Shown here: positions 10,987 to 21,364 of the stretch, piece by piece
How the letters are laid out: each line of letters begins with the position of its first letter
How positions within the stretch are numbered: position 1 is the first letter of the stretch
Assembly (NCBI GenBank): GCA_949948835.1
Contig: CATLHF010000001.1
Span: 68,962-132,961, forward strand
DNA from: an uncultured Clostridia bacterium
Lineage (GTDB): Bacteria; Bacillota; Clostridia; TANB77; CAG-508
Direction: 5' to 3'
DNA: 64,000 bases
The notes under the pieces: generated by a model
Told to the model about the DNA's origin: nothing
The model's database searches: none
What the model saw: the letters and a program-made list of their open reading frames with translations, nothing else
Made by a program: the position numbers and the translations under genes

Positions 10987-12780
10987 TTATGGATTATGTT
11001 CAATAATCGTTTCTAGTTGTGCATATGTATCCGTTGATAATAATTGTTTTGATATGACTGTTCCATTTTGTTTTAAGATTCTATATGCTCTTGATTTATA
11101 TCCTCCATGTCCTTTTTGAACCGTCTTTTTGGTTCCTTGTGGTAATGAAGCATTAACTCTATATACCGTTTTCATTGGAATCGTTTGCAAAGTTTGTGAT
11201 TGAATCACAACATCATATTCTACTTCTTCCTTACAACCATAAATACTAACTGTAATTCTTCCGCCATTTACACGAGATACAATCTTTACTGGGTATTTTC
11301 TAGAATTCTTAAAAATAAATTCTGGTCCTCCCCAAGAAACAGTTGCGTCTGTACTTAATGGAACATATCCTGTTGCGAAACGATGGTTAGAACGTTTTAC
11401 TATTTCTAAGTTTGCTCTTAATGCTGTATTATAAAGGGTTGATGAAACTTGACAAATTCCTCCTCCAATTCCATTTTCCACTCTTCCATTTACATATACT
11501 GCTGCAGATTTATAACCTGCTGCTGCAGTTCTTTTACCTACTACTTTGTTATAAGAAAAAGTTTCTCCTGGCATTAAAACTACTCCATTAATTTTGTTTG
11601 ATGCTAATTTAATATTCGTAGTTCTGTTGGTATTACTTGTTGAAAATGTTGTTGAATAGCTTGCAAGTAAATTGGGAAATGCTTCTGTTCCAATTTGATT
11701 AGTTGTTACATTTGGTTTTGTAATTTTTAGTGGTATGGTTATAGTATTTTCAGAAGAACTATTTAATTGGTTTTGTGCTTCTTCCACACTTACCCCAAAA
11801 TCAACACCCTCTACATGCGGATAAACAGTAAATGGCTCTTTTGTATAATACGCATCTTTTGCTTCTTTATAAATCTCACTTCTTATTTTCGATAAATCAA
11901 TTGCATTTGGCTGTTGTTCTATTACTGGAATTTCAATTGTTGCTGTTTCTTCTTTGAAAGAATTACAAGCTTCTACAATTTGTTTTTTTAAAGTTTCTTG
12001 TTCAATTACAACACCTACTTGCCCTTTATCAATGATTAGATTTACACCCTCTACTGCATAGCTACTTTGTTTTACTGCATCTGGTAAATTTCCTTCAGTA
12101 GATGCAATAAAATTTGTTAGTAATTCATCTTTATAGGAATATGCTGGATTAATATCTATTTTCCAAAGATTCGCATTTAAAATATCATAATTATCTTTTA
12201 AAATATTTCCTGTTCTTCCAATGTTATATGCTAAATCAATGGTTTCTTGTAATTTAAAGTTCATTTCAATTTGCTGTGGTGTAACAATAGTTTCAAATTC
12301 TCCATGTTTTAAGGTAATATCTTTTTTCAATTGTTTTTCTAATATTTCGTTTAATTGTTGTGCGACCTGTTCTTTTGTTAAGTTGCTAACATCAATTCCT
12401 TTAATGGATACCCCTTTTACAATCTTATCATTACTTTTATTCATTAATGCGAATATAACAGAAAATACCATTACTGCTATTAACAATATAGTAGATACAA
12501 TTGCAATTACTTTTGTATAACGATATAATCCATCTACTTTTTTTGCTTCATTGGAAACTTCTTGCTCTTTTATTTCTTCACTTTCTTCTAGAATGGTAGC
12601 TTCTACTTGTTCTACTATCTCCTCTTGTTGTCGCTTAACATTACTTTCTTCTGGTTCTTCTGCTTTTTCATCTTGTCTTTCTTCTTTCTTCTCTTCTATA
12701 ACTTCCTCTTGTTTTTCTTCTGTTTCAATTGTTTCTTCTATCATTTCAATCTCTTTTTCTTTCAATTTTAAACTCCCCAA
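10987..12780 (-). CDS. VanW-family protein with an acidic N-terminal tail, one TM segment and a C-terminal G5 domain
   Basis: The VanW core reads GGGICQVSSTLYNTALRANLEIV. The C-terminus is G5-like (QGTKKTVQKGHGGYKS). The exact start is uncertain because the first codon in the track is TTG. Confidence 0.8.
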   Translation of the reverse strand: MGSLKLKEKEIEMIEETIETEEKQEEVIEEKKEERQDEKAEEPEESNVKRQQEEIVEQVEATILEESEEIKEQEVSNEAKKVDGLYRYTKVIAIVSTILLIAVMVFSVIFALMNKSNDKIVKGVSIKGIDVSNLTKEQVAQQLNEILEKQLKKDITLKHGEFETIVTPQQIEMNFKLQETIDLAYNIGRTGNILKDNYDILNANLWKIDINPAYSYKDELLTNFIASTEGNLPDAVKQSSYAVEGVNLIIDKGQVGVVIEQETLKKQIVEACNSFKEETATIEIPVIEQQPNAIDLSKIRSEIYKEAKDAYYTKEPFTVYPHVEGVDFGVSVEEAQNQLNSSSENTITIPLKITKPNVTTNQIGTEAFPNLLASYSTTFSTSNTNRTTNIKLASNKINGVVLMPGETFSYNKVVGKRTAAAGYKSAAVYVNGRVENGIGGGICQVSSTLYNTALRANLEIVKRSNHRFATGYVPLSTDATVSWGGPEFIFKNSRKYPVKIVSRVNGGRITVSIYGCKEEVEYDVVIQSQTLQTIPMKTVYRVNASLPQGTKKTVQKGHGGYKSRAYRILKQNGTVISKQLLSTDTYAQLETIIEHNP

Positions 12781-12796
12781 AAATTAAAAAATAAAC

Positions 12797-12821
12797 CGTA
12801 TTATAACTTATGCATAATACG
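12797..12821 (-). terminator. rho-independent terminator after the ytvI-like gene
   Basis: The minus strand reads CGTATTAT-GCATAAGTT-ATAATACG followed by GTTTATTTTTT. Confidence 0.5.
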
Positions 12822-12893
12822 ATTTATATATTATCATATAAATAAAAAATGAACAACACATTTTCCCAATTTTTGACGGTTTTTTCTTATATT

Positions 12894-14003
12894 TTATTCT
12901 TGCTCAAAAATTGTTTTTAATACGCCTTTTTCAATAACCTCTGAAAAGATTTCTTTTAATACAATTAGTACAATAGGTCCTATCATAAGTCCTAAGATAC
13001 CAAGGAATTTAAATCCTGTATACATAGCCAGTAATGTAAATATTGGATGTAGTCCCATTTGGTGGCTAATCATTTTTGGTTCAATTAGGTTTTTGATAAT
13101 TGCCCATATAATCCATAAAATTCCTACTCCAATTGCTGCTGGAATATTGCCTGCTAGTGCTAAGTATGCTACCCATGGAATCATAACCGTTCCTGCTCCA
13201 AAAATTGGTAACAAATCCACAAATCCAATAAAAATTGCCATAATAATTGGATATTCAATTTGTAGACCGAAAAATTCCATTCCACATAATCCAATTAGTA
13301 CTAATATAAAGCAAATACAAGATAGTTTCGCTTCTGCTTTTATGTAATTAATTCCCACACTAAAGGTTGTCTTTCCATATGTTTTTGCTGTTTGTAACCA
13401 TTTACTTGGAATATGTTTTTTACACACTTCCATGATGTAATCACGATCAAAGCAAATAAACACTACTGCCAGAATCGTAATAAATCCATAGGTAAACCAA
13501 GATGGCATTGCACTAATTGTATTAAGTACTCCTGTAAAGAAATTAACAATAAATGTTTTTAGCCCTTCTAATAATCCTCCATAAGATTTTTCTGCAATTT
13601 GCATCACTTCTTCTGGAATCTGTATTCTTCCTTCTTGTATGTCTCGTAATAAACTCATTCCATATTCATATGCATTCGAAATATAGCCATTTAAATTTTC
13701 TACTAGTGCAATGGACTCTGTTATAATACTAGAAACTAATATGCTAATAAGTACAACAATAATTCCTACGATTAAAATTAAAGAAACAACACTAGCAGGT
13801 TTTCTCTTCCATTTTAATTTTTTCATCAATAGTTTAATTAGTGGCTCTGCAATGCTTGCAATTATAAGTGCAATCACAAATGGCATATAAAACAAAGTTG
13901 TTTTATATAAAGCATATACTGCTACAAGAACAACAACAAATATGCTTATTTTCATTGCAATCTTTTTATAATAATCCTTTTTTTCCTCCATCTTTTTCTC
14001 CAT
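12894..14003 (-). CDS. ytvI: AI-2E family transporter / sporulation integral membrane protein YtvI-like
   Basis: 369 aa, polytopic, with the PerM/AI-2E pattern (...DLLPIFGAGTVMIPW...). Confidence 0.7.
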   Translation of the reverse strand: MEKKMEEKKDYYKKIAMKISIFVVVLVAVYALYKTTLFYMPFVIALIIASIAEPLIKLLMKKLKWKRKPASVVSLILIVGIIVVLISILVSSIITESIALVENLNGYISNAYEYGMSLLRDIQEGRIQIPEEVMQIAEKSYGGLLEGLKTFIVNFFTGVLNTISAMPSWFTYGFITILAVVFICFDRDYIMEVCKKHIPSKWLQTAKTYGKTTFSVGINYIKAEAKLSCICFILVLIGLCGMEFFGLQIEYPIIMAIFIGFVDLLPIFGAGTVMIPWVAYLALAGNIPAAIGVGILWIIWAIIKNLIEPKMISHQMGLHPIFTLLAMYTGFKFLGILGLMIGPIVLIVLKEIFSEVIEKGVLKTIFEQE

Positions 14004-14058
14004 TTCATAGTCTTTATATTATTTTATAAAAGGACGAACTTTACTTCGCCCCTTCTTT

Positions 14059-15846
14059 TTAGTTAAATATTTCATCAAATTCTTCTGCTGTAATAGTTTC
14101 TTTTTGTAGTAATAAATTTGCTACAATATCTAGTTTATCCGAATTTTGTTTTAAAATTTCTTGTGCTTGTTGGTAGGCTGTATCAATTAATGTTTTTACT
14201 TCTACTCCAATCACATCTTCAATACTTTCACCAAACATATTTAAATTTTCGTTTTCTTCTAACGAAATTGGTCCAAGTCTATCGCTCATTCCATAAGCTG
14301 TTACCATATCTTTTGCAATTTCGGTTGCTACTTGTATATCATTTCTTGCTCCTGTTGAAATATCATTTAATGCTAATTTTTCAGCAGCTCGTCCTCCTAA
14401 TAAACCTACTAATCTTTCTTCTAATTCGGTCTTCGATTTATAGAATTTATCTTCATTTGATTTATACATAGTATAGCCACCTGCAACTCCTCTTGGAATA
14501 ATAGAAATTTCTTTTAATGGGTCTGAAGTTTCTAAAAATTTTCCTACAATAGCATGTCCTGCTTCGTGGTATGCTGTTAGTTTCTTTTCTTTATCTGAAA
14601 TGATTCTTGTCTTTTTTTGTACACCAACTGTTACCTTTTTAACTGCTTCTTCAATATCCTCTTGGCAGATAGCATCATGTCCATTAATAGTTGCAATAAT
14701 CGCAGATTCATTTAGGATATTCGCAAGTTCTGCACCTGTATATCCAGCTGTATCTTCTGCAATGCTTTTTAACGATACTGTAGATGCAAATTTCTTTCCA
14801 TCGGAATGAATTTTTAAAATTTCTTCTCTTCCTCTTACATCTGGTGGTGCAATGGTAATCTGACGATCAAATCTTCCTGGTCTTAATAATGCTTTATCTA
14901 GCATTTCTGGGCGGTTTGTAGCAGCAAGTACAATAATGGTTTCATTTTCTTCAAATCCATCCATTTCTACTAATAATTGGTTTAACGTTTGGTTATTTTC
15001 TGACTCAGCACCACTATTAGAAGTTCTTCTAGAACCAATGGCATCAATTTCATCAATAAATACAATACATGGTGCTAGTTTTCTTGCTTTTTCAAACAAT
15101 TTTCTAACACGAGATGCTCCAAGTCCTGCAAACATTTCAATAAATTCAGAACCACTCATTGAAATAAATGGCACTCCTGCTTCTCCTGCAATTGCTTTTG
15201 CAATTAATGTTTTTCCTGTTCCTGGTTTTCCATATAATAAAATTCCTTTTGGAATTTTTGCTCCCATATTATAAAAACGTTTTGGCTCTTTTAAGAAATC
15301 AACTACTTCTTCTAGTTCTTTCTTCTCTTCATCTAGTCCTGCAATGTCTTTAAAACGCACTTTACTTTTATTTTCATCACCACCGTAAACTTTTCCTTTA
15401 TCACCAAGCCCTTGCATTTCAATAATTAATATCACAACAGCAATCATTAATAAAGTTGGTAGCATACTAAATAATACCGTTGGTACTTGTAAAAAGATAT
15501 TTTTTGGTTTTTGATTTAATTTAATTTCTTTCCCTTGTTCTGTCTTTTCATGTAGCAATTCGATAAAAGCTTGTGTGTTTGGAAGAATAACTGTTTTTTG
15601 TTCTTCTTCATCTTTTAATTTTACTTTAACAGAAGTACTTCCTACTGTCATTTCAATCTCTTCTACCATTTCTTCATTAATTTCTTTAATCAGATCAGTA
15701 TATGCCATGTTTTTTTCTTTATCGTTGTTCTTTTTGTTTACTAACATTAATGCTATAACAATTGCACCTAATGCTAATATGGCACAAATCATAATTAGCA
15801 TATATTGTTTTTGTTTTTTCTTGTTATTGTCTTTTTTCTTGTCCAT
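14059..15846 (-). CDS. ftsH: ATP-dependent zinc metalloprotease FtsH
   Basis: Walker A GKPGTGKTL, the second region of homology, and the HEAGHAIVG zinc site. The track ORF starts at TTG 15888; ATG 15846 is more plausible. Confidence 0.95.
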   Translation of the reverse strand: MDKKKDNNKKKQKQYMLIMICAILALGAIVIALMLVNKKNNDKEKNMAYTDLIKEINEEMVEEIEMTVGSTSVKVKLKDEEEQKTVILPNTQAFIELLHEKTEQGKEIKLNQKPKNIFLQVPTVLFSMLPTLLMIAVVILIIEMQGLGDKGKVYGGDENKSKVRFKDIAGLDEEKKELEEVVDFLKEPKRFYNMGAKIPKGILLYGKPGTGKTLIAKAIAGEAGVPFISMSGSEFIEMFAGLGASRVRKLFEKARKLAPCIVFIDEIDAIGSRRTSNSGAESENNQTLNQLLVEMDGFEENETIIVLAATNRPEMLDKALLRPGRFDRQITIAPPDVRGREEILKIHSDGKKFASTVSLKSIAEDTAGYTGAELANILNESAIIATINGHDAICQEDIEEAVKKVTVGVQKKTRIISDKEKKLTAYHEAGHAIVGKFLETSDPLKEISIIPRGVAGGYTMYKSNEDKFYKSKTELEERLVGLLGGRAAEKLALNDISTGARNDIQVATEIAKDMVTAYGMSDRLGPISLEENENLNMFGESIEDVIGVEVKTLIDTAYQQAQEILKQNSDKLDIVANLLLQKETITAEEFDEIFN

Positions 15847-15908
15847 GTTGATTCCTTTCTTTATTTTGTTATTGTCTTGAATGGGCAATTACAATCGCCT
15901 CTACATTT

Positions 15909-17009
15909 TTATTCATTGTTCTGTAATTTTGTTGCTTCTTGTGGTGCTAAGCCATCGCCACTTAATCCTGTTTCTTCTTTTTCTTTTTTTCTTGTTTTCT
16001 TTTTTTCTTCTTTGTTGTTTTCTTCCTTGTTTTCATTATCTTTATTTTCTTTTTTTTCTTTTTTTGCTTCTTCTCGCTTTTTTTGTTCTTCACGTAGTTT
16101 CATTTCTTGCCTTACTCGTTCTTGTTCTTCTATAATTTTCATTAATTCTGCTTGTTTGTTAATGAAATCTGCTTTAATCATTAAAATAGCTACAATTACA
16201 TAAATATAAGAAATGGTTGTGTACATCCAGCTAAAGTATTGAATCGTGAATCCTGTTAAACTATTTACTACTACATAAATTAAATTTAATAAAAGTGGTA
16301 ATGTTAATGCGTAAATTCCAATATTAAACGTTGCTTTAAAGCGTATTTTCATACCAGCAATTCTTGCCACAATAAAGCCTAATACTGCTAACATAACAAC
16401 ATCAACAAACGTACTTGCAAGGTAAATGATATATAAATAAATTATCATCACAATAAATAGGCTAATATACAAACTTACCTTATCAATTTGTGAAACAAAA
16501 TCAAGAACTCCTTGTTTATCAAATTCAGAAATTGGATAATTTTGTAGAATGTCTTTATAATGGTATTCCATTTGTTGAGCTAAGAGTTCATTCTTATAAA
16601 TAATTTTATCTCCCAATATCAGCATTCCTGTTTCATAACCACTTAATTTTTTAGTATAATCTTGTATTTGTTCTTCTGTTGCATCCGTATCAATTGTAAG
16701 ATATGGTAAAATTGAATGGTCATTCCTAATTTCTAGTGTTTGCCCTTGGTTAATTTCTAAACTACCTTCTGCAAAATGAAGTTCATTAATATTGTCATTA
16801 AAGTAATTAAGTGCTTCTTGAAAGTAGGTATGGAACTGGTAAATAAAAATACCAGCCACAACAATTACAAAAATCAACATCATTTTTAACAAGTATTTTA
16901 TTGCTATGGATATGTTTTCAGCTCCAAATATGCCATATTGTTCAAAATCTTTCATTGCCAAATATGCTCTTTTAAAAAAACCTACTTTTTCTTTATTTTC
17001 TTTGGTCAT
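15909..17009 (-). CDS. DUF1189 (YvdJ-like) membrane protein with a Lys/Glu-rich C-terminal tail
   Basis: The N-terminus FFKRAYLAMKDFEQYGIFGAENISIAIKYLL plus multiple TM segments resemble DUF1189. The last ~80 aa are K/E low complexity. Confidence 0.5.
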   Translation of the reverse strand: MTKENKEKVGFFKRAYLAMKDFEQYGIFGAENISIAIKYLLKMMLIFVIVVAGIFIYQFHTYFQEALNYFNDNINELHFAEGSLEINQGQTLEIRNDHSILPYLTIDTDATEEQIQDYTKKLSGYETGMLILGDKIIYKNELLAQQMEYHYKDILQNYPISEFDKQGVLDFVSQIDKVSLYISLFIVMIIYLYIIYLASTFVDVVMLAVLGFIVARIAGMKIRFKATFNIGIYALTLPLLLNLIYVVVNSLTGFTIQYFSWMYTTISYIYVIVAILMIKADFINKQAELMKIIEEQERVRQEMKLREEQKKREEAKKEKKENKDNENKEENNKEEKKKTRKKEKEETGLSGDGLAPQEATKLQNNE

Positions 17010-17023
17010 TTAACTTTCTCCTT

Positions 17024-18421
17024 TTAACATTTTTCTACAATCATTTCTTCTTTGGTATCTTTTACAGTATACCCTCTTTTTAAGAGTTCATCACGTAGTT
17101 CATCGGATTTTTGAAAATCTCTATTTTTCCTTGCTTCTTTTCTTTGTTCTACAATCTCCATAATTTCTTCTGGAATTTCTTCTTTATCTATAATTTTATC
17201 AATTTTAACTCCTAAAACGCTATCAAATTTGGCAAGTAATTTTGCTACTTCTACATTTTTCTTTTCCAAACGAGCTACTTCCCATACAAAGCTCATAGCA
17301 AGTGGCATGTTTAAATCATCATTAATTGCCTTATGGAAATTTTCTTCTGCAAGGTTTAATTTTTCTCTATCTGCTTTTGTTAATTCATCTTTTCCATTTA
17401 AATGATTTTGGTAACTCGTACGTAATCTTTCTAATGATTTTGATGCTGCATCAATACCTTCCCATGTAAAATTTAATTTGTTTCGGTAATGACAAGAATA
17501 ACTAAATAATTTATATACAATTGGGTCATATCCTTTTTCTTTGATGTCTTTTATTAGATATACGTTTCCTAAACTTTTAGACATCTTTCCACCATTAATT
17601 AGCAAGTATTCTCCATGCATCCAATAATTAGCTGGTATTTTACCACAACTTCCTTTACTCTGTGCAATTTCATTTTCATGATGAGTTGGTATTAAATCAA
17701 TTCCTCCTGTATGAATATCAAATTGTTCTCCTAAATATTTTTGTCCCATGGCAGAACATTCAATATGCCAACCAGGGTAGCTTAATCCCCATGGACTATC
17801 CCATTTCATTAAATGATTTTCAGGCGCTTTTATCCATAAAGCAAAATCATATGGATTTCTTTTCTCTTGGTCTACTTCTACCCTTGCTCCTGCCTTTTGG
17901 TTTTCAACATCAATATTCGTTAAAACAGGATACCTATCTAATTTTGAAACATCAAAATAAATAGCTGTTGATGTTTCATAAGCATATCCATTTTCTATTA
18001 GTTTTTTAACATATTCAAGCATTTCCTTAATATGGTCAGTTGCTTTACAAACAATTTCAGGTGTTTCAATATTTAAATCTTTTAAATCATCAAAAAATAA
18101 TTTGGTGTAATACTCTGCAATTTGCATTGGTGACTTATGCTCTTCTCTTGCTGATTTTAACATTTTGTCTTCACCTTCATCACCATCAGATACCAAATGA
18201 CCAACATCGGTGATATTCATCGCATGTTGTATTTGATAGCCATTATACCTAAGTACTCTTCTTAAAATGTCTTGAAATATATTGGTTCTCATATTTCCAA
18301 TGGTTGCATTTTTATATACTGTTGGTCCACATGAATATATTCTTACCCCATTTTCACTGATTGGTTTAAAGATTTCTTTTGATTTTGTAAGTGTGTTATA
18401 TAATTTAAAATCCACTAACAT
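17024..18421 (-). CDS. cysS: cysteine--tRNA ligase
   Basis: A class I aaRS with SCGPTVY, the ..HIGN-like region and KMSKSLGN. 465 aa. Confidence 0.95.
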   Translation of the reverse strand: MLVDFKLYNTLTKSKEIFKPISENGVRIYSCGPTVYKNATIGNMRTNIFQDILRRVLRYNGYQIQHAMNITDVGHLVSDGDEGEDKMLKSAREEHKSPMQIAEYYTKLFFDDLKDLNIETPEIVCKATDHIKEMLEYVKKLIENGYAYETSTAIYFDVSKLDRYPVLTNIDVENQKAGARVEVDQEKRNPYDFALWIKAPENHLMKWDSPWGLSYPGWHIECSAMGQKYLGEQFDIHTGGIDLIPTHHENEIAQSKGSCGKIPANYWMHGEYLLINGGKMSKSLGNVYLIKDIKEKGYDPIVYKLFSYSCHYRNKLNFTWEGIDAASKSLERLRTSYQNHLNGKDELTKADREKLNLAEENFHKAINDDLNMPLAMSFVWEVARLEKKNVEVAKLLAKFDSVLGVKIDKIIDKEEIPEEIMEIVEQRKEARKNRDFQKSDELRDELLKRGYTVKDTKEEMIVEKC

Positions 18422-18446
18422 TTTCCACCTTTCTTTTAAACTTCGA

Positions 18447-18484
18447 AATTAGAGTATAAGACTTTTTAAGTCTATACTCTAATT
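18447..18484 (-). terminator. rho-independent terminator after the PBP gene
   Basis: A near-perfect 16-bp palindrome: aattagagtataagac-ttttta-agtctatactctaatt. Confidence 0.7.
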
Positions 18485-18504
18485 CAAATTAAATGATAAC
18501 TTCT

Positions 18505-21213
18505 TTAGTCTATGGTATTTGTTATTGTATTGGTCGTATTTCCTCCTGATGGTTTGTCATTTTTATCAATTACTTTTACAGTAATTGTTTTAGTTGCTAC
18601 ATTTTTTGAGCTATCTTCTACTGTATATGTTATGGTATAAGTTCCTTTTTTAGAAGTATCAATTTTATCAACAACTTTTCCATCTTTCTTAATTTCTGTT
18701 TTGATGTTTTTTGTTACATCTCCATCCACATTATCTTTTGCACTAACTTGTGGCATTGTAAATTTAGCATCTTGTTTTACTTCAATGGTATCTTTAACAT
18801 CTTTTACTGTAATAACTGGTTTTTCTGTATCTGCTTTTTTAGTATGTGTATCGCAAGTTGCTGTTGGTGCCATATACTGTGCGTCTCCTGCTGATTGCCA
18901 AGAAGTGTTGGATTCACTATTTGGTCTTGTAATAAATACTCTTTCTTCTGTATCTTTACAAAATTCATTTGCTAATTTACCTGTTTCTTTACATATTTTT
19001 AATTTTACGTGTGTGCTACAACTTCCTGAAGGCGCTGTTCCTTTTACATAGTAATCACTATATGCTCTTGAACCTCTTGGGTCATGTTCACAATTTTCTG
19101 TTGCAAGTAAACCAGAATCCATACAAACTCTTGCGGTTACAATTCCATTTGGTTTTGAAAAACTTGCAGAAGCTAATCCTTTATGAATTTTATTCATAAT
19201 GTTACCCCATCTGCCAGATACCGTACCACTTCCTGGAACAACTGAACTATTTCCATCAGCTGGATTGTCAAATCCAAAGAACATAGAAGCTGTATAATAT
19301 GGTGTAAATCCGCAAAACCATGTCGCAGTAGACTTGTTTGTAGTTCCTGTTTTTCCACAAGTTTGCATTCCACTAACTCTTGCTCGTGTTCCTGTTGCTC
19401 CACTTGCTCCTGTTAAACCAGTTCCTGTTGGTTCAGTTAATAAGGATTGTATTAACCATGCATTTTGCTCTGAAAATACACGATGTGTTTCTTGTTTCTT
19501 TTCCATAATGACATTGCCATTTCCATCTTCTACTTTCGTATAGAAAGTAGGTTCAATGTAAACACCATTATTAGCAATTGTTGCATATGCTCCTGCCATT
19601 TCTAAAGGACTTGCTCCATGATCAATTGAGCCTAATCCTAATGATAATCCTTCATTTCCAGATAATGTTGTAATTCCTAATTTTCTTAAGTAGTCAATTG
19701 CTTTCGTAGGTGTTAATTTTTGTATCATTTTAACTTCTGGAACATTTCTAGATACTCTTAAAATGTATCGTATATTCATTAATCCATAATAATTTCTTGT
19801 ATCATTTTTTGGCGTATATTTCCCATAGCTTACAGGAGTATCATCTATAACACTTCCTGTTGTAATTAATCCTTCTTGAATGGATGGTGCAATAATAGCA
19901 ATTGGTTTAATGGAAGAACCTGGTTGGTGTGTTGCACTTGTTGCCCTATTATTACCCCATGGTGTCTTTTCTCCAATTACTCCTCTTGAAGCAACTACGT
20001 ATCCTGTTTTATGGTCAATAACAGCCATACCAGATTGTAACTGTACTGTTACTTTTGTGTCATTTCCATTTTCATCTTTTCTTGTTACTTTTTTTGTTTT
20101 AACCCAATCCTTGCTATTGGTATAAGCATCATCTAAAATTGCTTGAAATTCTTTATTTTCAGTAATATAAATTTTATATCCGCCACTTTTAATTTGTTTT
20201 TCTGCTATATCTTTCTTTAAATCATGTTCTTTTGCATATTGTGCAATTACTTGTTTTACCGCTTCTTCTTCACTTTGTGTTAAAGAATTATTGTTTGTAA
20301 TTTGACCCTCTTTAAAGCCCAATCCTGCATCCACTTCTGCAATTGCTGCATCATATTGTTCTTTTTCTATTTTACCTTGTTCTTTCATTTCATCTAATAC
20401 GGTTTTTGTTCTTTTTGTAATTCTTTCCATATTAGGTGATTCTTTAAATGGGTTATATAGGTTTGGTGAATGGTTAATTCCCGCAATATATGCTGCTTGT
20501 GCTAGGCTTAATTCAGTTGGTTGCTTATCAAAATAATAGTTTGCTGCAATTTTAACACCATATACGTTTTTTGCTCCTCCTCCAAGAGGAATCGTATTTA
20601 AGTAAGATTCTAATATTTGATTTTTAGACATTTCGTTTTCAATTTGAAATGCTTTGGCAATTTCTCTTACTTTCCTTTTCCAATCTCTATCATCATCCCC
20701 TGTTGCATTCTTAATTAATTGTTGTGTAATAGTACTTCCACCATAACTAGAATTTCCTGTTGCAAATTTTAAAACAGCACCAAGTGTTCTTTGAATGTCC
20801 ACTCCTCTATGCTCATAAAATCTCTTATCTTCAATTGCCACAAATGCTTTTGGTAAGTATTCTCCCATTTCCGATAATAGAATAACTTCTCTATTTTCGT
20901 CACCATTTAAAGTCGCTACTACATTACCGTTTAAATCCACTAAAACCGTGTTTTCTGTTTTAATGTTTAAATCTGATGCTGATATTTTTAAATTGCCACC
21001 AAATGCGCCAAAAAATACCCCTGCAATTATCCCTGCTCCAACAATAACTCCTATTACAATTAAAGCTATCATTATTTTTAATGCTAACATTAATTTAGGA
21101 TGTTTTCCTTTCTTCTTTGTTTTCTTTCCTTTTTTATTATCATCTTTTAGAGTTTTTACTTTTTTTGTTTTATCATTATCCACGCTCTTTTTTGTTCTTT
21201 TTTTATTTCCCAT
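18505..21213 (-). CDS. class A penicillin-binding protein (transglycosylase + transpeptidase) with a Cys-rich and Ig-like C-terminal extension
   Basis: GT51 motifs are present (AIEDKRFYEHRGVD, GGSTITQQL), as is the transpeptidase SxxK region (GSSIKP). The C-terminal ~200 aa hold a Cys-rich segment and an Ig-like repeat (DNVDGDVT...TYTITYTVEDSSKN). Confidence 0.9.
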   Translation of the reverse strand: MGNKKRTKKSVDNDKTKKVKTLKDDNKKGKKTKKKGKHPKLMLALKIMIALIVIGVIVGAGIIAGVFFGAFGGNLKISASDLNIKTENTVLVDLNGNVVATLNGDENREVILLSEMGEYLPKAFVAIEDKRFYEHRGVDIQRTLGAVLKFATGNSSYGGSTITQQLIKNATGDDDRDWKRKVREIAKAFQIENEMSKNQILESYLNTIPLGGGAKNVYGVKIAANYYFDKQPTELSLAQAAYIAGINHSPNLYNPFKESPNMERITKRTKTVLDEMKEQGKIEKEQYDAAIAEVDAGLGFKEGQITNNNSLTQSEEEAVKQVIAQYAKEHDLKKDIAEKQIKSGGYKIYITENKEFQAILDDAYTNSKDWVKTKKVTRKDENGNDTKVTVQLQSGMAVIDHKTGYVVASRGVIGEKTPWGNNRATSATHQPGSSIKPIAIIAPSIQEGLITTGSVIDDTPVSYGKYTPKNDTRNYYGLMNIRYILRVSRNVPEVKMIQKLTPTKAIDYLRKLGITTLSGNEGLSLGLGSIDHGASPLEMAGAYATIANNGVYIEPTFYTKVEDGNGNVIMEKKQETHRVFSEQNAWLIQSLLTEPTGTGLTGASGATGTRARVSGMQTCGKTGTTNKSTATWFCGFTPYYTASMFFGFDNPADGNSSVVPGSGTVSGRWGNIMNKIHKGLASASFSKPNGIVTARVCMDSGLLATENCEHDPRGSRAYSDYYVKGTAPSGSCSTHVKLKICKETGKLANEFCKDTEERVFITRPNSESNTSWQSAGDAQYMAPTATCDTHTKKADTEKPVITVKDVKDTIEVKQDAKFTMPQVSAKDNVDGDVTKNIKTEIKKDGKVVDKIDTSKKGTYTITYTVEDSSKNVATKTITVKVIDKNDKPSGGNTTNTITNTID

Positions 21214-21364
21214 AAAAATATCCTCCTTCGTGATGAAACAATTATATTACATTATTTCAAAAAGATAAAGAGTTTTAAGAAAAATTTAATGATTTTAAGA
21301 ACCCCCTGTCATCTATGGCGACAGCCCCCCTTAAGTAAATGAGCCTTTACTCTACTATTTTAGA

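Noticed and set aside
12540-12780. Acidic or lysine-rich low-complexity tails on VanW (N-terminus), FtsH and the PBP (N-terminus) and DUF1189 (C-terminus), considered as a signal
   Set aside because: Such tails are common in very AT-rich genomes (AAA/GAA codon bias), and there is no evidence of specific function. Only the compositionally different L19 tail was kept as a finding.
15805-16203. Plus-strand ORFs rich in Phe/Leu/Ser (15805..16203, 15881..16135)
   Set aside because: They are the mirror image of the Lys/Glu-rich tail of the DUF1189-like gene and of the ftsH 5' end. They are composition artefacts.
21290-21345. C/G-run flanked hairpin (accccctgtc..gacagcccccc) between dprA and the PBP gene, considered as a riboswitch or ncRNA
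   Set aside because: The stem is only 5 bp, there is no T-tail and no further structure. It is probably a weak terminator or chance sequence.
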